Source: Kiritimatiellia bacterium (GTDB lineage Bacteria; Verrucomicrobiota; Kiritimatiellia; RFP12; DVOR01). From it: a stretch of DNA of 40,685 nt. The notes beneath the pieces are model-generated. The model saw only the letters and a list, made by a program, of their open reading frames with translations. It had not been told where the DNA came from and made no database searches. Both the position numbers and the translations under genes were made by a program. The DNA lies in assembly GCA_051892815.1 (NCBI GenBank), contig JBJFGP010000185.1, positions 1 to 40,685 on the forward strand, written 5' to 3'. Shown here in pieces: positions 18,677 through 28,767 of this stretch. Numbering within the stretch: the first letter of the stretch is position 1; the number at the start of each line of letters is the position of its first letter.

Positions 18677-20041
18677 TCACGGCAGCGCGTCGCCGGCCGC
18701 CAGGTCCGGGTTGAAATAGCGCTCCTGTCCGGTTGCATCCAACACCGCGTGCCACAAGTCTGAATTGAGATCCAACTTGTTGCGCTCCATCGTTGCCAGC
18801 GGAATCGGCACCAGCGTGTAGTCGTCGTTGAGATTTCCGACCACGCAATTCGTCCGCCCCGCCATCGCCGCGTGCACGGCCATACGCGCCAACTGGTAGC
18901 AACGAATCGCGTCCGTGCCCTTCGCCGGGACGCTCCGGATGGTGTAGGACGGGTCGAAGTACTTGACCGTACTGTTGATGTTCTGTTCACGGAAGTACTG
19001 GGTGATGCGGGTCTTGAGATAGGCCCCGATGTCCTTCTTGAGAATGTTCCCCGAAGGATCCCGCTCCTCCGCCGACTGCATCAGATTCTGCCCGGCGCCT
19101 TCCGCCACGACAATCACCGTGTGCCCCTTGCCCGTCGCAAAGCGGCGCTGGAGCGCGGCCAGTAGCCCGTGCGGGCCATCCATCTCGAAACTAACTTCAG
19201 GCACCAGACAGAAGTTCACCACCGGATTCGCCAGCGTCGCAAAGGCCGTGATGAAGCCCGAGTCGCGCCCCATCAGTTTGACCAGACCAATACCGTTGGG
19301 AGCCCCTCTGGCCTCCGTGTGAGCCGATTTGATGACCGGCACAGCCTCCCCGACGGAGGTCTCGAAACCGAACGAGCGCCCGATGAAGTTCAAATCATTG
19401 TCGATGGTCTTCGGGATTCCCACCACGCTAATCGGCAGCCGCCGCTTCAAACAGGCCTCGGCGATGTCCTTGGCGCACCGCAGAGAGCCGTCGCCGCCAA
19501 TGCAGAAGAGCAGATTGATGTTCATCCGGCAAAGCGTGTCGACTATCAAATCCGTATCCTGCTGGCCGCGGGATGAGCCGAGAATCGTACCGCCCGTCTC
19601 GTGAATCGTATCCACCACATCGGGATTCAGCATCATCGGCGGATAGCCCAGTTTCGGATTCAGCCCCGCATAACCGTAGCGAATACCGTAGATCGTCTTG
19701 ATGTTGTAGTCGAAGGTCAGGATTTCGACCAGGCCCTTGATGACGTGGTTCAGACCGGGGCAGAGGCCGCCAGCCGTCAGAATGGCCGCCCGGGACCAGG
19801 CGGGATCGTGGAAAATACGGCGATGCGCACCAGCCCGCTCAAGTACCGGCTCGTGACCAATCTTCTCCCGGGCCGCCTGGTTGAAGTCGGTCCGGACACT
19901 CAACAGCGAGACCGCGTCATCACTGATAAAGTCGTGGCGATGCAACGGCGAATCAATCTTGCAGGGCCCCAGCAACGGGACCTTGAAGTCGAACTTCGCC
20001 GGTTCCTGAAGAATCCGCTCGTAAAGGCTCAGCGTCGGCAT
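18677..20041 (-). CDS. pfkA: ATP-dependent 6-phosphofructokinase (long, clade-X type)
   Basis: GGLCPGLN, LGSSRG, GGDGS, PKTIDND, LMGRDSGFI, DPSYTIRS. Confidence 0.9.
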   Translation of the reverse strand: MPTLSLYERILQEPAKFDFKVPLLGPCKIDSPLHRHDFISDDAVSLLSVRTDFNQAAREKIGHEPVLERAGAHRRIFHDPAWSRAAILTAGGLCPGLNHVIKGLVEILTFDYNIKTIYGIRYGYAGLNPKLGYPPMMLNPDVVDTIHETGGTILGSSRGQQDTDLIVDTLCRMNINLLFCIGGDGSLRCAKDIAEACLKRRLPISVVGIPKTIDNDLNFIGRSFGFETSVGEAVPVIKSAHTEARGAPNGIGLVKLMGRDSGFITAFATLANPVVNFCLVPEVSFEMDGPHGLLAALQRRFATGKGHTVIVVAEGAGQNLMQSAEERDPSGNILKKDIGAYLKTRITQYFREQNINSTVKYFDPSYTIRSVPAKGTDAIRCYQLARMAVHAAMAGRTNCVVGNLNDDYTLVPIPLATMERNKLDLNSDLWHAVLDATGQERYFNPDLAAGDALP

Positions 20042-20120
20042 AAGGTATCCTCCATTATCTAGACGTGCCTAGAAGTATACATTATCCAGACCGAATTTCA
20101 AGCAAAAGGGGCCTTTGGGC

Positions 20121-20149
20121 TTGTGCAAAATCCGCCGGTGTTCTATAAT
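20121..20149 (+). promoter_or_regulatory. sigma70 promoter of pfp-dxs operon
   Basis: TTGTGC-17bp-TATAAT. Confidence 0.65.
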
Positions 20150-20196
20150 GGATGGCGTTTTGCAACCCTCCCAGAAGTTCCTTATAGGAGCACCCG

Positions 20197-21483
20197 ATGC
20201 CACCTAAAAATGTGCTTGTCGCCCAATCAGGCGGTCCCTCCGCCGTCATCAACAACTCCATTCGAGGGGTTGTCGACGCCTGCCGGGACTATCCCAATCT
20301 CTATGGGCGCATCTATGGCGCCTGGCACGGCATCGAAGGCGTTCTCAGGGAGGAGTTGCTCGACTTGTCCGCCCAGGACGAGAAGGAAATCCGCCTGCTG
20401 GAAACCACCCCTGCCGCCGGGGCAATCGGTACCTGCCGCTACAAGCTCAAGCCGGAACAGAGGGAGGACTTCGCACGGGTGATAGAGGTGCTCAAGGCGC
20501 ACGACATTGGCTGGTTCTTCTACGCCGGGGGGAACGATTCGATGGACACCGCGAACCGGATTGCCGAGTTGGCACGGAGCGAAGGGCTTGATTTGGTCGC
20601 GACCGGAGTTCCCAAGACCATCGACAACGATGTGGGCGACAGCGCGTTCCATTTGGTCGACCACACGCCTGGCTATGGTTCGACCGCGCGCTACTGGGCG
20701 TCGAATATCTTGTGTGCCAATGAAGAGAATGCCGGTTCCTGCCCTGCTGACCCTGTGCTGGTGCTGCAGGCGATGGGCAGACGCATCGGATTCATTCCAG
20801 CTGCGGCACGCCTTGCCGACCCGGAAAGAAGGCTGCCGCTGCAAATCTATCTTCCCGAGGCGAATGTATCATTGGAGGAGATGGCCGACCTTGTCAACGA
20901 CGAACTCAAGCGTTCTAAGCGGTGTCTGATTGTGGTCAGCGAGGGGTGCGAAGTTGGCTCTCTCGGGGAGGTGCGGGATGCTTTCGGCCATGTGAACTTC
21001 GGGGCGAGCGAGACGACCGTGCAGCAAAGGATTGTCAGCCATCTCAACAAAGTTGGTCTGGCGGCGACTGGCAAGGCCCGGGGGCAGACGCCGGGCACGG
21101 ATCAGCGCCATAACATATTTACCGTCTCGGGGGTTGATTTGCGCGAGGCTTACGAATCGGGGCGCTACGCGGTGGAGATTTCGCGCAAGGATGGGAATGG
21201 TTTTATGGCTACCATTCTGCGCGCGCCGGGGGAATCCTACAGTGCGGTTTATGGCAAGGTTCCGCTCTGCGAGGTGGCCAACTCGGAGCGCGCTTTCCCC
21301 AAGGAATGGATTGCGCCCAACCGCATCGATGTGACGGATGATTTCATCCGCTACGCCCGCCCGCTGATTGGAAACGAGCCGGTTCCAGTCCCGATGGAAG
21401 GCGGCTTACCACGTTTCACCCGGTTCCGTCCCATCTTTGCCCCGCAGCTCCTGGGGTCCTACACGCCGCAGGCGCTCCGCTGA
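20197..21483 (+). CDS. pfp: probable PPi-dependent phosphofructokinase
   Basis: AQSGGPSAVIN, GTCRYKL, GGNDSMDT (Asp at specificity position), PKTIDND, MGR. Confidence 0.85.
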   Translation: MPPKNVLVAQSGGPSAVINNSIRGVVDACRDYPNLYGRIYGAWHGIEGVLREELLDLSAQDEKEIRLLETTPAAGAIGTCRYKLKPEQREDFARVIEVLKAHDIGWFFYAGGNDSMDTANRIAELARSEGLDLVATGVPKTIDNDVGDSAFHLVDHTPGYGSTARYWASNILCANEENAGSCPADPVLVLQAMGRRIGFIPAAARLADPERRLPLQIYLPEANVSLEEMADLVNDELKRSKRCLIVVSEGCEVGSLGEVRDAFGHVNFGASETTVQQRIVSHLNKVGLAATGKARGQTPGTDQRHNIFTVSGVDLREAYESGRYAVEISRKDGNGFMATILRAPGESYSAVYGKVPLCEVANSERAFPKEWIAPNRIDVTDDFIRYARPLIGNEPVPVPMEGGLPRFTRFRPIFAPQLLGSYTPQALR

Positions 21484-21484
21484 A

Positions 21485-23335
21485 ATGCTGGAAGAGATTC
21501 AAACTCCGGCCGATGTCAAGCAGCTGCCGATGGAGCGGTTGCCGGAATTGGCATCTGAACTGCGCCGCGAAATCATCGAAACGGTCTCGTCGACGGGCGG
21601 GCATTTGGCGTCAAGTCTCGGGGCGGTGGAGTTGACCATTGCGTTGGCGAGGGTCTTCGACTTTCCCGACGACAAGGTGCTGTGGGATGTAGGACACCAA
21701 ACCTATGCTTGGAAGCTGCTGACCGGACGCAGGGCGCGTTTCGGTACGCTTCGCAGGCTGGACGGGTTGTCGGGGTTTACCAAGCGGGAGGAGTCGCTCT
21801 ACGATTCGTTCATTGCGGGACATGCGGGGAATACGCTCTCGGCGGCGATTGGCTATGCGGCGGCGCGTGACGCCCAATCGGGTCGGAACCATATCATCGC
21901 GGTGATTGGGGACGCCTCTTTTTCCAACGGCATCACGCTTGAAGCACTCAACAATCTGCGGGCGGCGACCGACCGGCTGATTATCATCCTCAACGACAAT
22001 GAGATGTCCATCAGCAAGAATGTCGGAGCCTTTTCGCGCTACCTCGGGCGTCTGCTCTCCTCCGTCCGGTACAACCGCATCAAGCAGCGCGCGGAGGAGA
22101 CTGGACATCGTCTGAAACTTTCCGGTCTGCGCTCCTTCTACCACCGCCTCGAACAGCACCTCAAGAGTTTCTGGCTGAAGAACCTTCTTTTTGAGGAAGC
22201 GGGCGTTCGGTATGTAGGACCTGTAGACGGTCATAGCATCCCGCGGATGGTGGAGGCGCTAACCTCCGCCCAGGAAGAGTGCAAATCTCCGATTCTCATT
22301 CATGCCTATACACAGAAGGGCAAGGGATACCCGCCGGCCGAGCGAGATCCGACGCATTGGCACGGAGTCGGGCCCTTCAATCCCGCGACTGGACTGCCGC
22401 CGCCCAAACCGGGCTATTCGGAAATCGTCGGCACCGAACTGGCAACACTCGCCGACAAGGACGCTCGACTCCACGCCATCACGGCAGCCATGGCGGAGGG
22501 TACGGGGCTGAACATTTTCGCCTATCGCCACGCCAACCGATTCCACGATGTCGGCATTTGTGAGGAACACGCGGTCGTCTTCGCCGGGGGGCTGGCGGCA
22601 GGCGGGCTGCTCCCCGTATTCGCGGTCTACGCCTCCTTCTTCCAACGCGCCGTCGACTGCGTGATGCACGACATCTGCCTGCAGCACCTGCCCGTGCTCT
22701 TCTGCGTCGACCGCGCCGGCATCGTCGGCGCAGACGGACAGACGCACCACGGACTTTTTGACATCGCCATGCTGCGTTGCCTGCCCAACATCGCCCTGCT
22801 CCAGCCCGCCGACGGTCCCGAACTCAAAGCAATGATGCGCGCCGCGCTCAGCCACCAGGGCCCCGTCGCCATCCGCTACCCGCGCACCAAACCGCCTGCG
22901 GAAATCCTCACCGGCGAAACGCCCGTCGAGTGGGGCAAAGCCGCCATCGTCCAGACCGCCCCCAAGTCGACCATCTATATCTGGGCCCTGGGCGATTTGA
23001 TTCCCCTCGCACAAAAGGTCGCCGCTCGCTTGCCGCAAGGGGCAACCATCGTCAACCCCCGCTTCATCAAACCCATCGACAAGCCCCTTTTGCTCCAACA
23101 GGCGCAACGCGCGACCCTCTTCATCACCCTCGAAAACGCAGCTCTTGAAGGCGGTTTTGGATCCGCTCTGCTCGAAACCCTCGCCGACGCCAACTGCCGC
23201 GTGCCCGTCGAACGCATCGGCTGGCCAGACGCCATCATCCCGCAAGGAGGCATCGACGAACTCTTCGCCCGATACGGTCTGACCGCAGACGCCATCGCCC
23301 ACCGGATTGCCCAACATGAAAAACCAACTCCTTGA
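21485..23335 (+). CDS. dxs: 1-deoxy-D-xylulose-5-phosphate synthase
   Basis: GGHLASSLGAVEL, DVGHQ, IILNDNEMSI, DVGICEEHA, DGQTHHG. Confidence 0.97.
   Translation: MLEEIQTPADVKQLPMERLPELASELRREIIETVSSTGGHLASSLGAVELTIALARVFDFPDDKVLWDVGHQTYAWKLLTGRRARFGTLRRLDGLSGFTKREESLYDSFIAGHAGNTLSAAIGYAAARDAQSGRNHIIAVIGDASFSNGITLEALNNLRAATDRLIIILNDNEMSISKNVGAFSRYLGRLLSSVRYNRIKQRAEETGHRLKLSGLRSFYHRLEQHLKSFWLKNLLFEEAGVRYVGPVDGHSIPRMVEALTSAQEECKSPILIHAYTQKGKGYPPAERDPTHWHGVGPFNPATGLPPPKPGYSEIVGTELATLADKDARLHAITAAMAEGTGLNIFAYRHANRFHDVGICEEHAVVFAGGLAAGGLLPVFAVYASFFQRAVDCVMHDICLQHLPVLFCVDRAGIVGADGQTHHGLFDIAMLRCLPNIALLQPADGPELKAMMRAALSHQGPVAIRYPRTKPPAEILTGETPVEWGKAAIVQTAPKSTIYIWALGDLIPLAQKVAARLPQGATIVNPRFIKPIDKPLLLQQAQRATLFITLENAALEGGFGSALLETLADANCRVPVERIGWPDAIIPQGGIDELFARYGLTADAIAHRIAQHEKPTP
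22209..22310. repeat. 23-bp-period array inside dxs (5 degenerate units)
   Basis: GGTATGTAGG 22209, CATAGCATCC 22232, GGCGCTAACC 22255, AGTGCAAATC 22278, CATGCCTATA 22301. Confidence 0.55.
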
Positions 23336-24158
23336 CCTGATTCGCGCCACCTCCTGCGACCTACCCGCCGAATCCGAAGCCGTCCTTCAGCCCGTTTCCG
23401 AGGCGCCCGGCTCGCCCGCCCAAGCCACCCTTGAGCAGATTTGCAAGAATGTTGCCATCGCCCGCCAAGGCAACCGCCCCATCTGCCAAGATACAGGAAC
23501 CCTCACCTTCTTCTTCAATCTTCCCGACGGCACCAAAGTACTCCCCATAGCCCAGGCCGCGCGAGAAGCCGTTCGAGAGGCAACCGCCAACGGCTGGCTC
23601 CGGAACAATACCATCGAAACCCTTTCCGGGCGTTCCATCAACGACAATGTGCTCGCCCCGCATGCGCCCGTCTTGCACTTCGACTTCAATGACAAAGGCA
23701 CCTCCGAGGTCACCTTGTTGATGAAAGGCGGCGGCAGTGAGAACATGAGTTGCCAGTATACCCTGCCCGACGCCACCCTCAAAGCCAACCGCAATCTCGA
23801 CGGCGTCCGCAAGTGCACTCTTGATGCCGTCAACCGCATACAAGGGCAAGGTTGCGCCCCGGGAACCCTTGGAGTCTGTATCGGAGGAGACCGCGCGGAG
23901 GGCTACGCCGCCGCCAAGCGCCAACTCCTTAGAAAACAGGGTGAGCGCGCCAGCGACCCAGACCTTGCCGCATTCGAGACACGCCTCCTCGAAGAGGCGA
24001 ATTCCCTTGGCATCGGCCCTATGGGACTGGGCGGGAAAGTGACCTTGACCGACATCCGCATCACCACACTCCCGCGCCTTCCCGCCTCCTACTTTGTCAC
24101 CATCGCCTATCTCTGCTGGGCGGCCCGTCGGCGCACCCGAATCTTCCGGATTGGATAG
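23316..24158 (+). CDS. class I Fe-S fumarate/tartrate hydratase alpha subunit
   Basis: PICQDTG, KGGGSEN, GCAPG, GIGPMGLGG, CWAAR. Confidence 0.9.
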   Translation: MKNQLLDLIRATSCDLPAESEAVLQPVSEAPGSPAQATLEQICKNVAIARQGNRPICQDTGTLTFFFNLPDGTKVLPIAQAAREAVREATANGWLRNNTIETLSGRSINDNVLAPHAPVLHFDFNDKGTSEVTLLMKGGGSENMSCQYTLPDATLKANRNLDGVRKCTLDAVNRIQGQGCAPGTLGVCIGGDRAEGYAAAKRQLLRKQGERASDPDLAAFETRLLEEANSLGIGPMGLGGKVTLTDIRITTLPRLPASYFVTIAYLCWAARRRTRIFRIG

Positions 24159-24161
24159 CAG

Positions 24162-24875
24162 ATGGACCGCTACTGCCGGCAAATCCAATTCCCCCCTTTC
24201 GGCGAAACTGGGCAGCGCCTTCTTTCCCGCGCAACCGTAGCCATCATTGGTTGCGGCGGCCTCGGAACCCAGCAAGCCGAAGCCCTCGTTCGAATGGGCG
24301 TCGGCACCATCCGCTTGGCAGACTTCGACCTCGTCACCGAGCACAACCTACACCGGCAGCACCTCTTCCGCCAAAGCGATTGCGGTCAGCCGAAAGTCCT
24401 GGCCGCCGCCCGCCATCTGCGCGAAATCAATCCCGACTGCCAAATCGAAACCGTCCTGGAGCGCATTGAGGACATTGGCACCTTCGCGGGTGGTGCCACC
24501 GCCGTGCTCGATGCAACCGATTCCGTTCCGACGCGCTTCGCCCTGAACGACTGGTGCGTCCACAACCGCGTACCCTATGTCTACGGCGGTGTGGCGGGTG
24601 CCGAGGGCATGGTGCTGCCCGTCGACACCCAAGCCCATTCACCCTGCCTGCGCTGTCTATACCCACAACCGCCCGCGGAGAGCCTAGGCGTCGCGACCTC
24701 AGGCATCTGGCCGCCGTTGGTCTCTCAAATCGCCACCTTGCAGGTCACCCTGCTCGTGAAACTCCTGATGGGCGACCAATCCATTTTGGGCAAACTCTAC
24801 CTCTTCAACGCCTGGGAGATGTCCCTCAGGACAATCCGGCTTGAGCCGAGACCGGGGTGTGACCATGGCCAGTGA
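24162..24875 (+). CDS. ThiF/MoeB family adenylyltransferase
   Basis: RYCRQ, GCGGLG, DFDLV..NLHRQ, DATD, PCLRC. Confidence 0.9.
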   Translation: MDRYCRQIQFPPFGETGQRLLSRATVAIIGCGGLGTQQAEALVRMGVGTIRLADFDLVTEHNLHRQHLFRQSDCGQPKVLAAARHLREINPDCQIETVLERIEDIGTFAGGATAVLDATDSVPTRFALNDWCVHNRVPYVYGGVAGAEGMVLPVDTQAHSPCLRCLYPQPPAESLGVATSGIWPPLVSQIATLQVTLLVKLLMGDQSILGKLYLFNAWEMSLRTIRLEPRPGCDHGQ

Positions 24876-27039
24876 AGTCCTCACCGGAACCGTTGAAATC
24901 ATTACCTTCCATAACGATGAAAACGGCTTCACCGTTTGCAAGGTGCGCCCCTCAGGCAATGACCATCTCGTCCAGAAACCTTTGGTCCCGCTCGTGGGAA
25001 ATGTGCTCTCCATCTGGACCGGAGAAGAGATTCGGGCCGAGGGCGAATGGGTCTACGACACCACCCACGGCAGGCAATTCAAGGCCCGGGAGATAACCTG
25101 CATCACGCCGACTTCCCTGGAAGGAATCCGCCTCTTTCTAGCCAGCGGTATGATCCGGGGAATTGGCAAGGTAACGGCAGAAAAAATCGTAGCCCACTTC
25201 GGCCGGCAAACCCTCGAAGTGCTTGACAACCAGTCCGAGCGTCTGAAGGAAATAGAGGGTATCGGCGAGGCCAAGCGCAAGAAGATCCGGGACTCTTGGA
25301 TTGAACAATCCGCCGTCCGCAATATCATGATCTTCCTCCAGTCCTACGGTATCAGCATCGGCAAAGCCGCCCGCATCTACCGCCGATACGGGGCAGGTGC
25401 CGTGGCGGTCGTCAAGCAGAATCCCTACCGATTGGCACGCGACGTCTGGGGCATTGGGTTCGAGACGGCCGACAAGATTGCCTTGAACCTTGGCTTCGCT
25501 AGGGATTCGGAACTTCGGGCGAGGGCCGGGGTGCACCATGTGCTCCAGCATGAAGAGGATGAGGGCGGGAACTGCTTTTCCCCTGTGGCATCGCTTCTGT
25601 TGGAAGCCCAGTCGCTCTTGGCCATCCCTGTCGAACGCTTGCAGGAAGCTTTGCGCCACGAGGTTGACTCCGGCCGTCTGATCCAGGAGGAGGACCGCAT
25701 CTACCGCAAGGATGTCTTCTTCGCCGAACGCAATGTCGCCGACAGACTGGCTCTTTTGTTGAAGATGCGGCCATCCTTCCCACCCATTCAAGCGGAGCGC
25801 GCTGTCGAATGGGCCGAAAAGCAGGGTAAGATCACCTTTGGTCCCGACCAGCGCAAGGCCTTGCTGACGGCCATCTCCAGCAAGGTGACCATCATCACAG
25901 GCGGACCGGGCGTCGGCAAGACGACCGTGGTCAAAGCCATTACGGATGTCTTCTCGGCAAAGCACCTCTCCATCTGTTTGGCATCCCCAACGGGTCGCGC
26001 CGCCAAGCGTCTTTCGGAGTCGACGGGCCTTCCGGCCAGCACCATTCATCGCCTGCTCAAGTACCAGCCCAATGGCCAGGGATTCGTGCACGACTGCACC
26101 AATCCGCTTGAGGGGGATTGCTTCATTTTGGACGAGGTCTCGATGCTCGACATCCGTCTGACGAACAGTCTACTGCAGGCGATTCCCCCTGAAGCCGTCC
26201 TGATTCTGGTGGGTGACTGCGACCAACTTCCGAGCGTTGGACCGGGGAATGTCCTACGCGATTTGATTGCCTCGGGGCGTATTCCCTGTTGCCGGCTGGA
26301 GCGTGTCTTTCGCCAAGATCAAAGCGGCTACATCGTCCGGAACGCGCACCACATCAACCGCGGCGAGTCGCTTGAATTGGGAGCTGCAGATGCCGACTTT
26401 TTCTATGTCGACGCGGAAGATCCGGATCGGATTCTCCAGATGCTCCGACAGTTGGTGACGCAGCGAATTCCGGCCAAGTTCGGGTTTGATCCACGCCACG
26501 ATGTGCAGATTCTCACGCCGATGAACCTGAACTCTCTAGGGGCGCTGAACATCAACATTCAGATGCAGGCTCTGCTCAATCCGACGGGCGATTCCCTCAA
26601 GCGGGGCGAGTTGACCTTTCGAGTTGGCGACCGGGTTATGCAAATCCGCAATGATGCGGAGCGGGATGTCTTCAACGGGGACATTGGGTACATTGCCGCC
26701 GCAGACGAGGTTGACCGGACTTTATGCGTGGACTTTGACGGCCGGATAGTCAACTATAGCCAAGATTCGCTCGACGAACTGGCCTTGGCGTACGCCTGCA
26801 CCATACACAAGTCGCAGGGCTCGGAGTACCCTGTGGCCATCGTGATTCTGCACACGCAGCACTTCAAACTCCTCCAGCGGAATCTTCTCTACACTGCCGT
26901 GACCCGAGGACGAAAACTGGTCGTCCTGATTGCCAAGGCTTACGCCCTTCAGTTGGCGCTCCGCAATAACGACACGCGCCAGAGGCGGACGACACTCTGC
27001 CCAAGGCTGGTCAAACTCCTGGCACGAAACCAATCTTGA
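24865..27039 (+). CDS. recD2: ATP-dependent RecD2 helicase
   Basis: N-terminal HhH region, GGPGVGKT, DEVSM, GDCDQLPSVGPG, AYACTIHKSQGSE. Confidence 0.95.
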   Translation: MASEVLTGTVEIITFHNDENGFTVCKVRPSGNDHLVQKPLVPLVGNVLSIWTGEEIRAEGEWVYDTTHGRQFKAREITCITPTSLEGIRLFLASGMIRGIGKVTAEKIVAHFGRQTLEVLDNQSERLKEIEGIGEAKRKKIRDSWIEQSAVRNIMIFLQSYGISIGKAARIYRRYGAGAVAVVKQNPYRLARDVWGIGFETADKIALNLGFARDSELRARAGVHHVLQHEEDEGGNCFSPVASLLLEAQSLLAIPVERLQEALRHEVDSGRLIQEEDRIYRKDVFFAERNVADRLALLLKMRPSFPPIQAERAVEWAEKQGKITFGPDQRKALLTAISSKVTIITGGPGVGKTTVVKAITDVFSAKHLSICLASPTGRAAKRLSESTGLPASTIHRLLKYQPNGQGFVHDCTNPLEGDCFILDEVSMLDIRLTNSLLQAIPPEAVLILVGDCDQLPSVGPGNVLRDLIASGRIPCCRLERVFRQDQSGYIVRNAHHINRGESLELGAADADFFYVDAEDPDRILQMLRQLVTQRIPAKFGFDPRHDVQILTPMNLNSLGALNINIQMQALLNPTGDSLKRGELTFRVGDRVMQIRNDAERDVFNGDIGYIAAADEVDRTLCVDFDGRIVNYSQDSLDELALAYACTIHKSQGSEYPVAIVILHTQHFKLLQRNLLYTAVTRGRKLVVLIAKAYALQLALRNNDTRQRRTTLCPRLVKLLARNQS

Positions 27040-27092
27040 CAAGGAACCGTTTGGTGCCTTCGTTTTTACCCCCATCCTATGAAACTATTGGT

Positions 27093-27121
27093 TTGCTCCA
27101 TTCCTTTGATTCTGCTAGAAT
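27093..27121 (+). promoter_or_regulatory. sigma70 promoter of rnfE
   Basis: TTGCTC-17bp-TAGAAT with extended TGn. Confidence 0.6.
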
Positions 27122-27149
27122 CCTTGCCATCAACGACCGAGGAGGCACT

Positions 27150-27827
27150 ATGCGTTTTTTCACTGAATTGACCAAAGGCATTGTCCGGGAGAATCCCATC
27201 TTCCGCCTGGTCCTTGGAATGTGTCCGACGCTGGCGGTCACGACCTCTCTGGAGAATGCGTTGGGAATGGGTGCGGCGGCGACCTTCGTGCTGATGGGCT
27301 CAAACACAACCGTCTCGCTGCTGCGTCGGTGGATTCCCACGGCAGTCCGGATTCCCTGCTACATCGTCCTGATTGCGACATTCGTCACCGTGGCAGATTT
27401 GCTTCTTCAGGCCTATTTGCCGGCTTTGGCAGAGAGCCTTGGCATCTTCATTCCGCTGATTGTGGTCAACTGCATCATCCTGGGCCGCGCGGAAGCTTTC
27501 GCCGCGAAACATTCGCCTCTAGAGAGTCTGGCCGATGCAATCGGGATGGGAATTGGTTTCACCCTGGCGCTCGGAATCGTGGCCAGCCTGCGAGAATTGC
27601 TCGGCAACGGAACACTGACTTTGTGGGGCTCAATCGCCTGGGAGGTGCCCACGAAACCAATCTTACTCTTCATTCTTCCGGCCGGCGGATTCATTATGCT
27701 GGGGCTCGTATTGGCGGCCGTGAACGCGATTGAAGCAAAGATTGCCCAGCGCAAAGGGAAGCCCGCGCCCCTCCCCCCAACATTCGACTGCCGCCACTGT
27801 GCGCTCTGCGACCTAACCTCCCGTTGA
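27150..27827 (+). CDS. rnfE: Rnf electron transport complex subunit E
   Basis: ENPIFRLVLGMCPTLAVT, LGIFIPLIVVNCIILGRAE, LRELLG; GGAGG RBS. Confidence 0.92.
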   Translation: MRFFTELTKGIVRENPIFRLVLGMCPTLAVTTSLENALGMGAAATFVLMGSNTTVSLLRRWIPTAVRIPCYIVLIATFVTVADLLLQAYLPALAESLGIFIPLIVVNCIILGRAEAFAAKHSPLESLADAIGMGIGFTLALGIVASLRELLGNGTLTLWGSIAWEVPTKPILLFILPAGGFIMLGLVLAAVNAIEAKIAQRKGKPAPLPPTFDCRHCALCDLTSR

Positions 27828-27837
27828 TCTGCCATCG

Positions 27838-28767
27838 GTGGATCTTTCTCTTGCCAAGGGCGAAGAGCCCTGCTTTGAGCGGATTTGCCGCATTTCCTTG
27901 CCGCCCGGGAGTCTTTCGGATACGGCTCTTCTAGAACTCGTCTCGGCACGATTCACCTACCGTTCGCTAGACGAATGGGCGCAGGCGCTAGCCGAGAAGC
28001 AGCTTGAACGCTGTGGTGATGCGCTCCTCTTTCATCCCCCTCTCCTGCCCGAACCCGAAGTCGACTGGGACTGCCGAATGCTCCACGAAGACGAGGAAGT
28101 TCTGGTTATCGACAAGTCGGGCAATCTGCCTTGCCATCCGGCTGGACGATTCTTCAATCACACCCTCTGGGCGCTGCTCAAACACAAGGGTCTCGAAGCC
28201 CCCCAATTCGTCAACCGTCTCGACCGCGAGACCTCCGGCATCGTGCTGGTAGCCAAGACGGCGCAAGCCTGCAAGGAGTTGCGGCGCGAGTTTGCCGCGC
28301 AGCGCGTCGAAAAACACTACCAGGCTGCGGTCGAAGGTACTCTTCATTCCGCGCAAACGGCCCGAGGTACCCTCGCGCAAGCCCACACGCCGATCCGAAA
28401 GAAGCAGGAGTTCCGCTTCGATTCCAACGGCTCCGTCATCACTGAATTCACCCCCCTCGCGCATCGAAACATGCCCGAGTTGACCCTGCTCGACATCCAC
28501 CCCATCGGCGGGAAACTCCATCAGATACGCGCGACGCTCTTGGCTTGTGGCTTCCCTTTGGTCGGCGACAAACTCTACGGCGTCGACGAAACCATCTACC
28601 TTCGTTTCGCCAAAGGGCAACTCACGCCGACCGACACCCTTCGCCTCCGCATCAAGCGGCAAGCCCTCCACGCCGCCACCCTAACCCTGCGGCGGCATAG
28701 CGAAACCTGCCGCTACGAAGCCCCCCTTCCCTCCGACATCGCCGGGCTCTTCCAGGCCCACGATTGA
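27838..28767 (+). CDS. RluA-family pseudouridine synthase
   Basis: IDKSGNLPCHP, NRLDRETSG, HQIRA, GDKLY, QALHA. Confidence 0.9.
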   Translation: MDLSLAKGEEPCFERICRISLPPGSLSDTALLELVSARFTYRSLDEWAQALAEKQLERCGDALLFHPPLLPEPEVDWDCRMLHEDEEVLVIDKSGNLPCHPAGRFFNHTLWALLKHKGLEAPQFVNRLDRETSGIVLVAKTAQACKELRREFAAQRVEKHYQAAVEGTLHSAQTARGTLAQAHTPIRKKQEFRFDSNGSVITEFTPLAHRNMPELTLLDIHPIGGKLHQIRATLLACGFPLVGDKLYGVDETIYLRFAKGQLTPTDTLRLRIKRQALHAATLTLRRHSETCRYEAPLPSDIAGLFQAHD

